Shown here: positions 40,559 through 51,175 of the stretch, one piece after another
Numbering within the stretch: position 1 is the first letter of the stretch
Layout of the letters: each line of letters begins with the position of its first letter
Assembly (NCBI GenBank): GCA_029775925.1
Contig: JARVKB010000004.1
Span: 3,925-67,924 of the forward strand
DNA: 64,000 bases
Source of the DNA: Nitrososphaeria archaeon
Lineage (GTDB): Archaea > Thermoproteota > Nitrososphaeria > Nitrososphaerales > JACAEJ01
Direction: 5' to 3'
The notes under the pieces: model-generated
Database searches by the model: none
Told to the model about the DNA's origin: nothing
What the model saw: the letters and a program-made list of their open reading frames with translations, nothing else
Translations under genes and position numbers: made by a program

Positions 40559-41331
40559 TGGGTCAGATAACCGCCACGTTTGTTAGGATAATTAAAGAGT
40601 TCTTTAGGGACAAGGTTATGGTGTTCTGGTCGATCTTCTTCCCTATTATATGGCTTATTATGGCTAACATTGTATTCTTAGCGAATGCGCCGGAAAGCGA
40701 GGCAGTGTTCTTTAGAGGAGTGTTCACTATTTCAATGATTGTTTATGCGGTAATGATTGCTGCGATGGTGGATCTACCTGGCAACATTGCAGCTGATAGA
40801 AATAGAGGAATGCTCTCAAAACTTAAATCGATGCCAGTCAGCCAGTTTAAGGATTTTATAGGGCGTATTCTGGCGTTTCTCGTATTCTCTCTTATAGCCG
40901 TAGTTGCCGTCCTTTTAATCGGGGTACTTTTAGGGGCAAAGTTTTCAACCACAGAAATCGGCCTTTTCCAGTCTATCGGCTATCTTTTGCTGTCAATCCT
41001 TGCCTCAAGTGGAATAGGGCTCATTTCGGGAACATTGATAAAAGGTGAACAAGGAGTTGTCTACACAGGAATAGGAGTGGCCATAATAACAAGCTTCATG
41101 TCAGGAATATTCACAACTTATGCCCAGCTTATTCCTGTTTTACAGTTCTTTTCACGCATCTACCCGATATCCGCATCTAACTCTTCCCTTATCTACATTT
41201 TAATAGGAGAAAAAATGGCTGGCTACAATCCATTGGAGTTTAGCCAAATAACCCTCACAACATTATTATCGATCCTACTTTTCATCATAGGTTTGGTAAT
41301 ATACGCAAAATATTGCTGGAGAAAAGACTGA
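40558..41331 (+). CDS. ABC-2 exporter permease
   Basis: 6 TM; FWSIFFP, DRNRGMLSKLKSMP. Confidence 0.88.
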   Translation: MGQITATFVRIIKEFFRDKVMVFWSIFFPIIWLIMANIVFLANAPESEAVFFRGVFTISMIVYAVMIAAMVDLPGNIAADRNRGMLSKLKSMPVSQFKDFIGRILAFLVFSLIAVVAVLLIGVLLGAKFSTTEIGLFQSIGYLLLSILASSGIGLISGTLIKGEQGVVYTGIGVAIITSFMSGIFTTYAQLIPVLQFFSRIYPISASNSSLIYILIGEKMAGYNPLEFSQITLTTLLSILLFIIGLVIYAKYCWRKD

Positions 41332-41342
41332 TAATGCATGAG

Positions 41343-42168
41343 ATGAAGGTTCATTTATATTGGGATAAGTTGGGTCTGAAAGTGGCAGTTTGTTGCTATT
41401 TTTTCTGATTGCCTTTGCTTGGCTCTGGCTCTTCTGGTTTTTGCAAATATGGGGTTTAAACCTTTATGTAGCGCCTTTCGGTCCATTCGTAGCGGCTTTT
41501 TTCCTTACATTTAGGAATAAGGGAAAATTAGGTGTTAAAGAATTATTCAAAAAGGGTTTTTGATCTTAGGATTGGAAAGATATGAGTATGTTCCGATTTT
41601 CTTGTTGATGTCCATTATTGCTGGTTTTTCTCTTTTTGTGGCATGGTTGAGCGAAAGGACGATTCCTGAATTGATGGCGTTATCTCAGTCTTGGCTTGTT
41701 CTGTGGAATTTTGTCTACATATTTTTCCTCAGAGGGCCACTTGAGGAAGAGTTCGGCTGGAGAGGCCATGCTCTTTCCCGGCTTCAACTATTGCATCCAT
41801 CCCTTGGCTCAAGTATAACGCTTGGAATAAATGGGCTTTTTGGCATTTGCCTTTAAACTTAATGGCTCAACCTTCAGCCCCTCAATACGAAGCCACCATT
41901 GGAATGTTTTTAAGCTCAATTGTTACTATGGCTTCGTGTTGATACTGTTCACTTGGATTTATAACAACAATGGCGGCAGCGTAGCAGCGTTTTTGCCACT
42001 TTATTGTTTCACATGATAGTGAACCTGTCAACATACGTCGTGTTCTCATTCTTTGAAACACAAACCGGACTGCTATATTACTTAATTTCAATAATGGCCT
42101 TTGCCATCATAATCTTGGTGACATTTGGACCTAAAAGACTGACTCGAGAGAAGAAGCAGTTTTCTTGA
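41343..42168 (+). pseudogene. CPBP/Abi protease remnant
   Basis: GPLEEEFGWRG, WAFWHLP and WIYNNNGGS in different frames. Confidence 0.8.
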
Positions 42169-42300
42169 AACTGAGCTAACGTAGAAGTATTTCTAGCTCT
42201 TGATTTTAAGGCTTAGAATCTGCACAAAATAGCAGATGCTCTTATGAAACTAAGTAAAAACGTCTTATTCAGACAAAATAAGGCAAAAAATCTTTGGAAG

Positions 42301-42403
42301 TGCGGGGGGTGGGATTTGAACCCACGAAGGCCTAAGCCAGAGGATCTTAAGTCCTCCCCCTTTGATCGTAGCCCTACCTTTGACCTGGCTTGGGAACCCC
42401 CGC
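42301..42403 (-). tRNA. tRNA-Leu(TAA) with 18-nt D-loop intron (42362-42379)
   Basis: Acceptor GCGGGGG/CCCCCGC, GAGGA-CTTAAGA-TCCTC, variable arm, TTCAAAT loop; central helix GGTC/GATC. Confidence 0.93.
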
Positions 42404-42499
42404 CCATTATAATTTACCATTAAGAGTTAAAAAGTCTCACTATAAAAATTTCTATAAAGATTAAAAAATAAAAGATTTAATAAAATTCTTGAGATAAAG

Positions 42500-42865
42500 A
42501 TGGCGACTTATTTTGAGTTTAAGATGGCAATAGTGATTAGATCGGATTTAAATATGAGTCCTGGTAAGATAGCAGCTCAAGCCTGTCATGCATGCTTAGA
42601 AGCTTATGAGATAGCACGAAGAAGAAAAGATGAGTATTGGAAGAAATGGAGAAAAGAAGGTGCAAAGAAAGTTATTCTTAAAGTCAAATCTTTAGAAGAA
42701 CTTATCGAATTAGAGAGAAAGGCTAAGGGGCTGAGATTGCCTTGCGCATTAATAGTGGATAAAGGTTTAACAGAAATTCCACCTGATACGCCTACAGCTT
42801 TAGGAATAGGACCATCGCTTTCACAATTGATAGATAAAGTTACTGGTCATCTCCCTCTATTATGA
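42500..42865 (+). CDS. pth2: peptidyl-tRNA hydrolase Pth2
   Basis: GKIAAQACHA, DKGLTE, GIGP, TGHLPLL. Confidence 0.96.
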   Translation: MATYFEFKMAIVIRSDLNMSPGKIAAQACHACLEAYEIARRRKDEYWKKWRKEGAKKVILKVKSLEELIELERKAKGLRLPCALIVDKGLTEIPPDTPTALGIGPSLSQLIDKVTGHLPLL

Positions 42866-42932
42866 GTAAATTTGAATTATAGTTATGAAGTCAAATATTT
42901 GGAAATTCAGATTACATAATAGATAATAAAGT

Positions 42933-43370
42933 CTACCTTTTGAGATAGCTAGCTACAACTGGATGGTTAGGGTCTACTAAAATTACTTCATACCAAACAT
43001 ATTTACCATCTCTATACAAAAAGTATGAATTAAGAACCTTAAGGTTTGGATATCTTTCAGATGCTCTTCTTTCTGCTACTTCGCGAGCGTTAACATTAGC
43101 CTTTATCTTAACGGTTCCAAGGTGCTTTGGTCTTCTACCAGACCTTGGTCTTTGCTTTCTCATACCTCCTCTTCCTACTCTGACACGAACTACAATGAAA
43201 CCTTGCTTTGCTTTATATCCCAATCTTCTCGCTTTATCTATTCTCGATGGTCTCTCAACCCTAACTATGGCTGGTTCTTTTCTCCAAACTATAGCTCTCT
43301 CTCTTATGCTCTCAGGCTTTTCCTTCCAAATTTTATGCCAAGCTTCATTAACATATTTGTACATATACAA
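42933..43370 (-). CDS. rpl15e: 50S ribosomal protein L15e
   Basis: ARRLGYKAKQG, LNSY, EVILVDP. Confidence 0.96.
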   Translation of the reverse strand: MYMYKYVNEAWHKIWKEKPESIRERAIVWRKEPAIVRVERPSRIDKARRLGYKAKQGFIVVRVRVGRGGMRKQRPRSGRRPKHLGTVKIKANVNAREVAERRASERYPNLKVLNSYFLYRDGKYVWYEVILVDPNHPVVASYLKR

Positions 43371-43408
43371 TCAGCTCTATCTTTTACTATTGATAAACCT
43401 TTTCTTGA

Positions 43409-44005
43409 TTAAATTAAAATGCTATTTAATAAATCCTCTATTACTGGCCAACCGAAGTATCCAGCGTAAGCATAAAACAAGTTCAAAATTATCTTTCCAG
43501 TTATTGCAGCCAAAAGAGCTTTAACCTTAGGGTATCCTATAAGCCCTAATGGTATCCAAATAAGATCGTCAGGAGTTAATGGAGTCAAAGCAAATAGTAT
43601 TATAAGCCATAAGCCATATTTTTCTAATTTAAGACGCCACTTTGCTAAACTCTCTTTTCTCTTTTCAGACAAGACATACCTACCTCCTACCCCAACATAA
43701 TAATGGAGGTACTGTCCCAATCCTGCACCTAACCCAGCAAGTATCCCAACCAGTAATGGATTAAGAGAAGCAACACCAACTAACAAAGGTATTATTATGT
43801 AAGATGGAAATACTGATAGGAATAATGTGCTTGTTGCGAGAAAACCAGATAAAAATGCACCAGCATAGCCCATACCTTTTATGATTTCGATAACTTCATC
43901 CAAGCTCATGATTGAAGCCTCCATGCTATAATATAGAACAATAGTCATAATGAATAATGATGTGATGATCACTCCAGTTAATAGAATCTTTTTCATTTTA
44001 ATCAA
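43409..44005 (-). CDS. VTT/DedA (SNARE-associated) membrane protein
   Basis: GAGLG, YYVG, FALTPLTPDD..PLG. Confidence 0.85.
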   Translation of the reverse strand: MIKMKKILLTGVIITSLFIMTIVLYYSMEASIMSLDEVIEIIKGMGYAGAFLSGFLATSTLFLSVFPSYIIIPLLVGVASLNPLLVGILAGLGAGLGQYLHYYVGVGGRYVLSEKRKESLAKWRLKLEKYGLWLIILFALTPLTPDDLIWIPLGLIGYPKVKALLAAITGKIILNLFYAYAGYFGWPVIEDLLNSILI

Positions 44006-44014
44006 AACAGTAAT

Positions 44015-44947
44015 TTATTTAGATAAAGTCTCTATTATCTTATCGACTAATAAAGTTGCTGCTAACTCTTGTGCTTCTTTAGTTTGTGCTCCTATATGAG
44101 GTGTTGCTATAATGTTATGGAGCTTAATTAATTCATTAGAGACTGGTGGTTCTATTTCAAATACATCTAGCGCTGCTCCTTTTATTAAACCTTCCTTAAG
44201 AGCGTTTAAAAGAGCTTTCTCATCAATAACTGAACCTCTAGAAGTGTTAATTAAATATGCATTTTTCTTCATCTTACTTAACTTCTCTTCATTTATCATA
44301 TGATAAGTTTCATCAGTTAGGGTAACATGTAAAGATACAAAGTCTGAAGATGAGAGTAGCTCATCTAAAGATACTAACTTTGCTCCAAATTCATTAAGAA
44401 TTTTTTCATCTAAATTAACGATATCATTAACAAGAATTTTCATTCCAAAAGCTTTTGCTAACCTTGCAACTTGAGTGCCTATTCTACCCATGCCTATTAT
44501 CCCTAAAGTCTTCCCTCTCAATTCAAAACCTATTAATTCATCTTTAAGCCAATTACCTTGCTTCATACCAGAGTCTCCTTTTGAGATTCCTCGAGCAAGA
44601 TCTATCATAAGCCCTATAGTTAGCTCAGCAACAGCATTTGTAGAAGATTCAGGAGTGTTAAAGACTTTTATTCCTTTAGATTCGGCTGCTTTTAAATCTA
44701 TGTTGTCAAGCCCTATACCAGCTCTTCCTATCACTTTAAGCTTCTCTCCTTTTTCTATCACGTCTTTAGTTATCTTTGTTCTCCCTCTAACAATAACCAC
44801 ATCATAATCATGGATTTTATTCAACAGTTCTTGACTTGTTATTTTTGGTAAGTATGTTACATCAAATCTTGACTCTAGCCTTTTTATCCCATTCTCAGCA
44901 AAGCTATCACATATAAGTACTTTGTATTTAGCTCGCTCCAATTCCAA
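44015..44947 (-). CDS. serA: D-3-phosphoglycerate / D-2-hydroxyacid dehydrogenase
   Basis: GIGLDNID, GMGRIG, NTSRG, LDVFEIEP, TPHIGA; no ACT domain. Confidence 0.85.
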   Translation of the reverse strand: MELERAKYKVLICDSFAENGIKRLESRFDVTYLPKITSQELLNKIHDYDVVIVRGRTKITKDVIEKGEKLKVIGRAGIGLDNIDLKAAESKGIKVFNTPESSTNAVAELTIGLMIDLARGISKGDSGMKQGNWLKDELIGFELRGKTLGIIGMGRIGTQVARLAKAFGMKILVNDIVNLDEKILNEFGAKLVSLDELLSSSDFVSLHVTLTDETYHMINEEKLSKMKKNAYLINTSRGSVIDEKALLNALKEGLIKGAALDVFEIEPPVSNELIKLHNIIATPHIGAQTKEAQELAATLLVDKIIETLSK

Positions 44948-45301
44948 GCATTTTAGATTTATTTTGTACTTATAAGTATAAAGTTGACTATAAATGCTCT
45001 TATTTTAGTTTTTTAGTAGAAACAACAACGGACAGCACAAATTTTAATATAATAAATGAGATGGTTGACTGTGTTTACTTCTCAACAAAAACTCGCTAAG
45101 CGTTCTTTATGAATATTGTCCTTGGCTTAAGGGTAAGATCGTTCTAAGCTCATAGGAGATAAGATTTTTTAGGAATATGTCAAGAAATTCCTGAAAGACT
45201 CTTAAATAGAGCCCAAGATCATCGCTGATGAGAATTATTTGGAAGTAATAAGAAAGTAATTCTATCCTGCCATTTTTCTAATGAGTCGACAATGTATTCG
45301 A

Positions 45302-45937
45302 CTATTTACTTTTTGATGAAAGCCTCTTAGAAAGCTTCTCCATGGACCTTATTATCTTAGATCTTCTTACCTCTTCAGTAACTGCAGATCTAGTATCTTC
45401 TATCAGTATTCTTGCTACATCCAACTTCCTTCTTATGCCTTGAGCTAAGTGATCATAAACTGCAAAAGGTAGTAAAAGAATATATAAGCGCTCCATTATG
45501 CTGAAGAGTGAAAAAGCTTCTTCGCTTTTTCCTCTTCTTATCTCATCATATGTGCGTCTTTTTAACTCTCCTATCGTATCCAATAAACCGAGAAGATAAG
45601 ATACATTTGTTACTTCAAGCTCTTTATGTGATGGTATTGATTTCTTCATTGCTATTGAGTAAAGAACAGATGCTTCAACGTACTCTACTTCAGGTGCTAT
45701 AAGATATTTTTGTAAATCATCGGTAACAACTTTTCTCAATTCTGCTAGAATACTTTTAGCAGAATTGAGTTTAGAAATTGCTTCATTAAAGTTCGTTAAG
45801 TGAATGTTAGTTATCGCTTTAGCAGATAGAGATATAACATCTCTAGATTCACGTAGTATCCTCTCACGTTTTTTCTCGATTTCATCTAATTCTTTCGATA
45901 TTTCTAAAAGAGATTCTTCAACTTGTTCTATACCCAT
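45302..45937 (-). CDS. translin family protein
   Basis: EYVEA, YLLGLLDTIGELKR, RRKLD. Confidence 0.9.
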   Translation of the reverse strand: MGIEQVEESLLEISKELDEIEKKRERILRESRDVISLSAKAITNIHLTNFNEAISKLNSAKSILAELRKVVTDDLQKYLIAPEVEYVEASVLYSIAMKKSIPSHKELEVTNVSYLLGLLDTIGELKRRTYDEIRRGKSEEAFSLFSIMERLYILLLPFAVYDHLAQGIRRKLDVARILIEDTRSAVTEEVRRSKIIRSMEKLSKRLSSKSK

Positions 45938-45990
45938 AGAAGAATCTTATACCAAGTGAATAAAATAGATTTTGTTGTTAAAGAAGTATA

Positions 45991-47574
45991 TTAATGAGCT
46001 ATAGTCTGGCTTTGCTCTCTTAGAAATTGTTGTAGATAATAAGGTCCTCCTGCTCCTTTTCCACTAGATCCGCTAAGTTTCCATCCTACAAAAGGCTGTG
46101 CTCCTACCATTGCTCCTGTTGTAGCCCCTATTTTTCTATTAGCATATATTACTCCTGCTTGAATTTCATCAAAGAATTTCTTTATCTCTTTCTCATCTTC
46201 ACTAAATATACCAGCTGTTAAGCCATAGTCTACATTATTAGATAGATTTATTGCTTCATCAAGAGAATCGACTTCAGCAATGCAAAGTATTGGCACAAAA
46301 AGCTCATCTTTAAAGAATTTATGATCTTTTGGAAGTTCATCAACTATAGTAGGCTCAACAAAATAACCATATTTGTGCTTTTCATCAGTTAAAATCCTTC
46401 CACCAGTTAAAACTTTACCATCTTTCTTTGCTATCTCTATATAATCCTGATAATTCTTATAGGCCCTTTGATTAATCAACGGGCTTATGAAGCTATCTTT
46501 TAATGTTGGATCATCTATTACTAGCTCTTTTGTCCTCTTTACAAGCTTTTCTAAAAAATCTTTCTTTACCCTTTTATCTACATAAACACGAGAACAAGCA
46601 CTACATTTTTGACCACTATAACCAAAAGCTGCTCTTACTACTCCTTCTACAGCTTTATTTAGATCTGCTTTAGATGTAACTATAACTGGGTTCTTACCAC
46701 CCATCTCAGCTATAAAGGGTCTTGGACGTTTTTCATTAAAAATTCTATATGATTTTACACCTACGTCCTTAGACCCTGTAAAGACTATTCCTTGTACATC
46801 ATCATTATTCACTAATTCAGCTCCTACAATATCCCCTGAACCAGTCACATAATTGAATACTCCTTTTGGTAATCCTGCTTCATTAAGAATCTCGTAAATC
46901 TTAAATCCAGTCAGAGGAGTATCACTAGAAGGCTTAAAAACAACGGTATTGCCTGTAATTAATGCTCCTGAACTCATGCCTATTGCTATAGCGAAAGGAA
47001 AGTTGAAGGGAGAGATTACTCCCCAGACCCCATAAGGCTTCATAACGCTCTTTGTTTCCTCATTAGGGAATGCTTTTCCCATTTTTTTCTCATATCCTTT
47101 ATTTGCTTCCATCTCCTCACAATAGTATCTCATTAAATCTATTCCTTCATCTACATCTGCTATTGCTTCAAATCTATTCTTTCCATTTTCTAAAGTTATT
47201 ATTGCAGCTAATTCATATTTCTTTTGAGAAGATATATCTGCAGCCTTTCTAAATATCTTCGTTCTCTCATAATATGGTATTGAACTCCAAAGTTTGAAGG
47301 CTTTCTTCGCTGCCTCTACAGCCTTCTTTACATCATCCTTTGTTCCTTTTTGAAAGTATCCTATAACTATTCTTGTATCAGATGGACTCGTCTTGATAAA
47401 TTCTCCTTCTTTAGAGTAAACTTCTTTTCCATTTATTATATTTGGGTATTTTTTCCCAAGTTCCTTCTTAACTTTTTCTAAGGCTTCTTCATAATTTTTA
47501 TGAAATTCTTCAGCCTTACCAGAATTTAAGGCTTTAAACCATGTTAGCTCATTCTCAAAGACCATTCTAATCAC
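45991..47574 (-). CDS. 1-pyrroline-5-carboxylate dehydrogenase-like ALDH
   Basis: FENE, PFNFP, EMGGKN, GQKCSACS, GAQPF.GWK.SG. Confidence 0.88.
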   Translation of the reverse strand: MIRMVFENELTWFKALNSGKAEEFHKNYEEALEKVKKELGKKYPNIINGKEVYSKEGEFIKTSPSDTRIVIGYFQKGTKDDVKKAVEAAKKAFKLWSSIPYYERTKIFRKAADISSQKKYELAAIITLENGKNRFEAIADVDEGIDLMRYYCEEMEANKGYEKKMGKAFPNEETKSVMKPYGVWGVISPFNFPFAIAIGMSSGALITGNTVVFKPSSDTPLTGFKIYEILNEAGLPKGVFNYVTGSGDIVGAELVNNDDVQGIVFTGSKDVGVKSYRIFNEKRPRPFIAEMGGKNPVIVTSKADLNKAVEGVVRAAFGYSGQKCSACSRVYVDKRVKKDFLEKLVKRTKELVIDDPTLKDSFISPLINQRAYKNYQDYIEIAKKDGKVLTGGRILTDEKHKYGYFVEPTIVDELPKDHKFFKDELFVPILCIAEVDSLDEAINLSNNVDYGLTAGIFSEDEKEIKKFFDEIQAGVIYANRKIGATTGAMVGAQPFVGWKLSGSSGKGAGGPYYLQQFLREQSQTIAH

Positions 47575-48390
47575 TCACGCCTTACTTAATTCCTTTGCCC
47601 TTTCTGTTGCTTTTATTACAGCATCTATAATTGTTGCTCTAACTCTTCCTCTCTCCATTTCTAACAATCCCTCTATCGTAGTTCCTCCTGGTGTTACAAC
47701 CATGTCCTTAAGCTTTGCGGGATGTTCATTAATTTCCAAAACCATCTTTCCTGCTCCTAAAATAGTTTGAGCGCTAAGGGTTATAGCAATATCTCTGGGC
47801 AAACCTAGTCTAACACCTGCATCGCTTAGCGCCTCAATTATTAAATATATGTAAGCTGGTCCGCTTCCAACCAAGCCAGTTACTGCATCAAAGTATTTTT
47901 CATCAAGAATTATCGTTCTTCCCAAAATGCTAAGTACTTCTTTTACAGCTTCTAACTTCTCTTTTGGCGTATTGTCTGATGGACAAATGGCGATCATACC
48001 TTCTCTTACAAAGCATGCAATGTTGGGCATAACTCTTATAATAGGAATTCCTTCTGGCAGATTTTTTCTTATAAAATCTAATTTAATCCCTGCAGCAATG
48101 CTAACAAGTATTTTTTCAGGGGTTATATTATCTCTTATACTCTCAAGGACATCTTTCACATTATGAGGTTTAACAGATATTATTATCAAATCGCTACGCT
48201 CTACCAATTTTTTTGTATCATCAAAGCTTTCAATATGGTAATTATCAGTAATGTATTTACGGCGCTTTTCTATTATCTCTGATGCGTAAACGTCTTGTGG
48301 AGAAAATATCTTTGATTTAAGGAAACCTGAAATCAAGGCTTCTCCCATATTTCCTGCTCCAATAATGCCTATTTTCTTAATTTTGTTCAA
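47575..48390 (-). CDS. proC: pyrroline-5-carboxylate reductase
   Basis: GAGNMG, RVMPN, GSGPAY, TPGGTT. Confidence 0.96.
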   Translation of the reverse strand: MNKIKKIGIIGAGNMGEALISGFLKSKIFSPQDVYASEIIEKRRKYITDNYHIESFDDTKKLVERSDLIIISVKPHNVKDVLESIRDNITPEKILVSIAAGIKLDFIRKNLPEGIPIIRVMPNIACFVREGMIAICPSDNTPKEKLEAVKEVLSILGRTIILDEKYFDAVTGLVGSGPAYIYLIIEALSDAGVRLGLPRDIAITLSAQTILGAGKMVLEINEHPAKLKDMVVTPGGTTIEGLLEMERGRVRATIIDAVIKATERAKELSKA

Positions 48391-48822
48391 AGTCTGTCGC
48401 CTACATCAATAGGCAACTTAAAAGTTTTTCTAAGTATTAAAACTTTAATTAATGATTGTCAAATTTTGATTTCCCTTAACATAAATGAAAAAGAAGATTG
48501 TCCGCCAAATTTAACTAAAGAAGTTAAAACCCAATGTAAGTGAGAACGGAAATCTGGAAGTTAAACTTCAAAAGACGACTCAATCAAAATAGAATAAAAA
48601 TTTCTTTTTAGTTCATTTTTTCTATGTGCTTTTTGCTCTCAAGATTTAGAAGGAATTTATGATTTTCTGCTTTTTCGTCAAGTTTCGAAGCAGACATTGC
48701 TACCAGATGAACTATTGGCCAAAATTTTATTTAAATTTAATTTAAGCCTTGTTAAATATGGATTTCTTGGCACATAACACTTTGAATCTTCATCCTAAAA
48801 AGGAATCATTCGATAATTTAGT

Positions 48823-50202
48823 TTAATTTATATTAGTCTTTGAGAAAGTTTTTTCCCTGTAAAGAGATTTTCCATCTATGCTTGTAATATTGAAAAGGCA
48901 GAACGGTATGAGTTTCTTGTCAGGCGTAACAACATGTATGCAGCATTCTTGAACTCTTTCTAATTCAACGTTCCATACGTCTTGGAAGGCCATCGTTGAA
49001 ACTGTTAAGTAATTTTCTGACATCCTTTTTATTAAATCCATCCAAGTCCCTGGCTCACACCCACATAATAAGTTATCTCCTAAACCCAACTGTTCCATAA
49101 TAGATTCTTCTGGGAACTTCCAAAGATCTTTAATAGCATCACGAGTCTTCTTTGATATATCTTCTACTTCACACGATGGGCAGGAAAGATTGCTAGTAAG
49201 TGGTAAAAGCTTACCATTCTCTAAAACGACAGAGTAGCTTCTAGCATCACAATGCACGTTAGGGCAAGAAGTAGGAGTAAAGTTCTCAACTTTTAGCTCT
49301 CCCCTTGTTTGGGCCTCTATAGCTTTTAGGATATCAGGTATGGTCACTCTATCGTTATTATTTGGTAGAGAAGGGTATCTGCCAAAATAACTTAGAGGTT
49401 GAAAATGAACACCGTTTACCGTTGGAACCCATTTTTTAGCAAAATTTATTATATCACCTATTTGATCATAATTGACTCCTTTTTCAATCACAGGTACGAG
49501 TACTACACCTATCTCTAACTTTGAACAGTTTTCAAGAGCTTTAAGTTTAACATCAAGAAGGTCTAAACCACACCTTTTTTCATATACGTCCTTAGTTAAG
49601 CCATCAAAAGAGAAATAAAGTGCATCCACACCTTTCTCTTTCAATTCTTTAAAATAATCAAAATCTTTACTCAATCTTATGGCATTTGTGTTCAACTCTA
49701 TATAATCTATGCCCATTTCCTTTCCCATAGCAACTATTTCTGGGAGATCATCTCTCACTGTGGGTTCGCCACCGCTTATTTGAACACATATGGGTTTAGG
49801 ACAGTTTTTTAATAATGTCTCATACATTCCTTCAATAGTTTGGATGTCTGGATGATAATTGTATGATTTAGCACTTGCAAAGCAATAGGGGCAATTTAAA
49901 TTACATCTATTTGTAATTTCTAAGACTGCAACACAAGTTCTTTGTTTATGAGCAGGGCACAGTCCACAATCGTTTGGGCATCCATTCTTAGAGTCAGTGA
50001 TTGTCTGATCTGGTTTCTTCTTTTTGACGTTAAACTTAAAGCGGTCTATATAAGAGGTTACCCCTCTCCAAATGATCGTTTTAAAAGATCCGTGATCTGG
50101 GCAAGATTTTTCAAGAAAAACATCATCCTTCTCAACAACTTTTCTAGCAGGAATCTTTCTTAAACATTTTGGACAGAGACTTTCAGTCTCACCTATTAGC
50201 AT
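48823..50202 (-). CDS. TrsS-like radical SAM protein (Tes/MJ0619-related architecture)
   Basis: CPKC..CPDHG, CPNDCGLC, CNLNCPYC, QPLSYFGRY, AFQD.WN..ER..ECCIH, IPFC. Confidence 0.85.
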   Translation of the reverse strand: MLIGETESLCPKCLRKIPARKVVEKDDVFLEKSCPDHGSFKTIIWRGVTSYIDRFKFNVKKKKPDQTITDSKNGCPNDCGLCPAHKQRTCVAVLEITNRCNLNCPYCFASAKSYNYHPDIQTIEGMYETLLKNCPKPICVQISGGEPTVRDDLPEIVAMGKEMGIDYIELNTNAIRLSKDFDYFKELKEKGVDALYFSFDGLTKDVYEKRCGLDLLDVKLKALENCSKLEIGVVLVPVIEKGVNYDQIGDIINFAKKWVPTVNGVHFQPLSYFGRYPSLPNNNDRVTIPDILKAIEAQTRGELKVENFTPTSCPNVHCDARSYSVVLENGKLLPLTSNLSCPSCEVEDISKKTRDAIKDLWKFPEESIMEQLGLGDNLLCGCEPGTWMDLIKRMSENYLTVSTMAFQDVWNVELERVQECCIHVVTPDKKLIPFCLFNITSIDGKSLYREKTFSKTNIN

Positions 50203-50247
50203 ATTAACAATAAATGCATGAAATCTTAAATACTTTTTTAGATCTAT

Positions 50248-50625
50248 TTATCTAAATGGATTTTCTCCAACATCATTATAATATTCTAATAGTACTTTAT
50301 TAGCCCTTCTAGATACTCTCCTTTTTTCAAATTTTGAATAAACGATACGAAGTGTTCTAAGATCCCATTCTGTATCGCATTTCGGACATCTAGCAAGCTC
50401 ACAACCTCTGACACTACCTGGGCAGCCTTGGCAACTTATGGCTCTGGCCCATAAAAGGCTAAATTCAGCGTTGCATTCTGGGCATCTTACTAATTTGGCA
50501 GTCTTCCAAACCATGCCGGTAGGGTCGATCTGGTTTAAGCAAGTAGGAGTCTCGTAGAAGGATCTATGAACGTTAAAATCTTTCCTTCTTTCTTCATACA
50601 ATTTCCTTAATTGTGAAGTTTTCAT
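50248..50625 (-). CDS. Cys-rich metal-binding protein
   Basis: CPEC...CQGC...C...CPKC. Confidence 0.8.
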   Translation of the reverse strand: MKTSQLRKLYEERRKDFNVHRSFYETPTCLNQIDPTGMVWKTAKLVRCPECNAEFSLLWARAISCQGCPGSVRGCELARCPKCDTEWDLRTLRIVYSKFEKRRVSRRANKVLLEYYNDVGENPFR

Positions 50626-50686
50626 AATCGATCAATATTGATAATAAAGATATTTAAAGCTATCTAAAAAAATAAAAGGTGGTGCC

Positions 50687-51172
50687 TTATGCCCTCTTCT
50701 TTTCGAAGAGCATTTCAGCCACAGCAACTGGCTTTGCCGCTATGTCTTCTTCAATATAACTTTCTTGACATTTAGGGCAGGTAAGAGTTGGGGCCATTCT
50801 AACGATGCCCATGTATTCTAGATCGAACTGTCCTCGGACTGTTTGGACATCGTCCTTGGCACACCACCAGTCCTTTACTTCTTCTGGGACTGTATAGACT
50901 AAGTTCTTCATACGCATCTTATGGCTATAGACCTTCTTGATTACATATGCTGTGACTGGGTGGGTTCCGGGAGCTGCTGGAGCATACATTACATATAGGG
51001 TTATATTATCCATGATCTTTTTTGCTAAATTTTCTCCAGTGACTTTATTGATGAGCTTTGCCTTCTTCTCTTCAGCTTCATAAACTAATTTTTTGCACAT
51101 ATCAGCAGAGATGCCCTTTTGGGCTAGGGCATTCTCAATCTCTTTTGGAACCAAAACATCTATCATTACCAT
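50687..51172 (-). CDS. DVU_1557-like redox protein with N-terminal YSH(K/R)M domain
   Basis: VYSHKM; WWCAKD...YMG...CPKC...IEED.A...AE. Confidence 0.7.
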   Translation of the reverse strand: MVMIDVLVPKEIENALAQKGISADMCKKLVYEAEEKKAKLINKVTGENLAKKIMDNITLYVMYAPAAPGTHPVTAYVIKKVYSHKMRMKNLVYTVPEEVKDWWCAKDDVQTVRGQFDLEYMGIVRMAPTLTCPKCQESYIEEDIAAKPVAVAEMLFEKKRA

Positions 51173-51175
51173 TTT

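Noticed and set aside
42213-42407. 64-aa ORF
   Set aside because: Shadow of the tRNA-Leu gene
45056-45260. Coding-like fragments (EYCPWLKG, IADENYLEVIRK)
   Set aside because: Broken frames and no family I can assign
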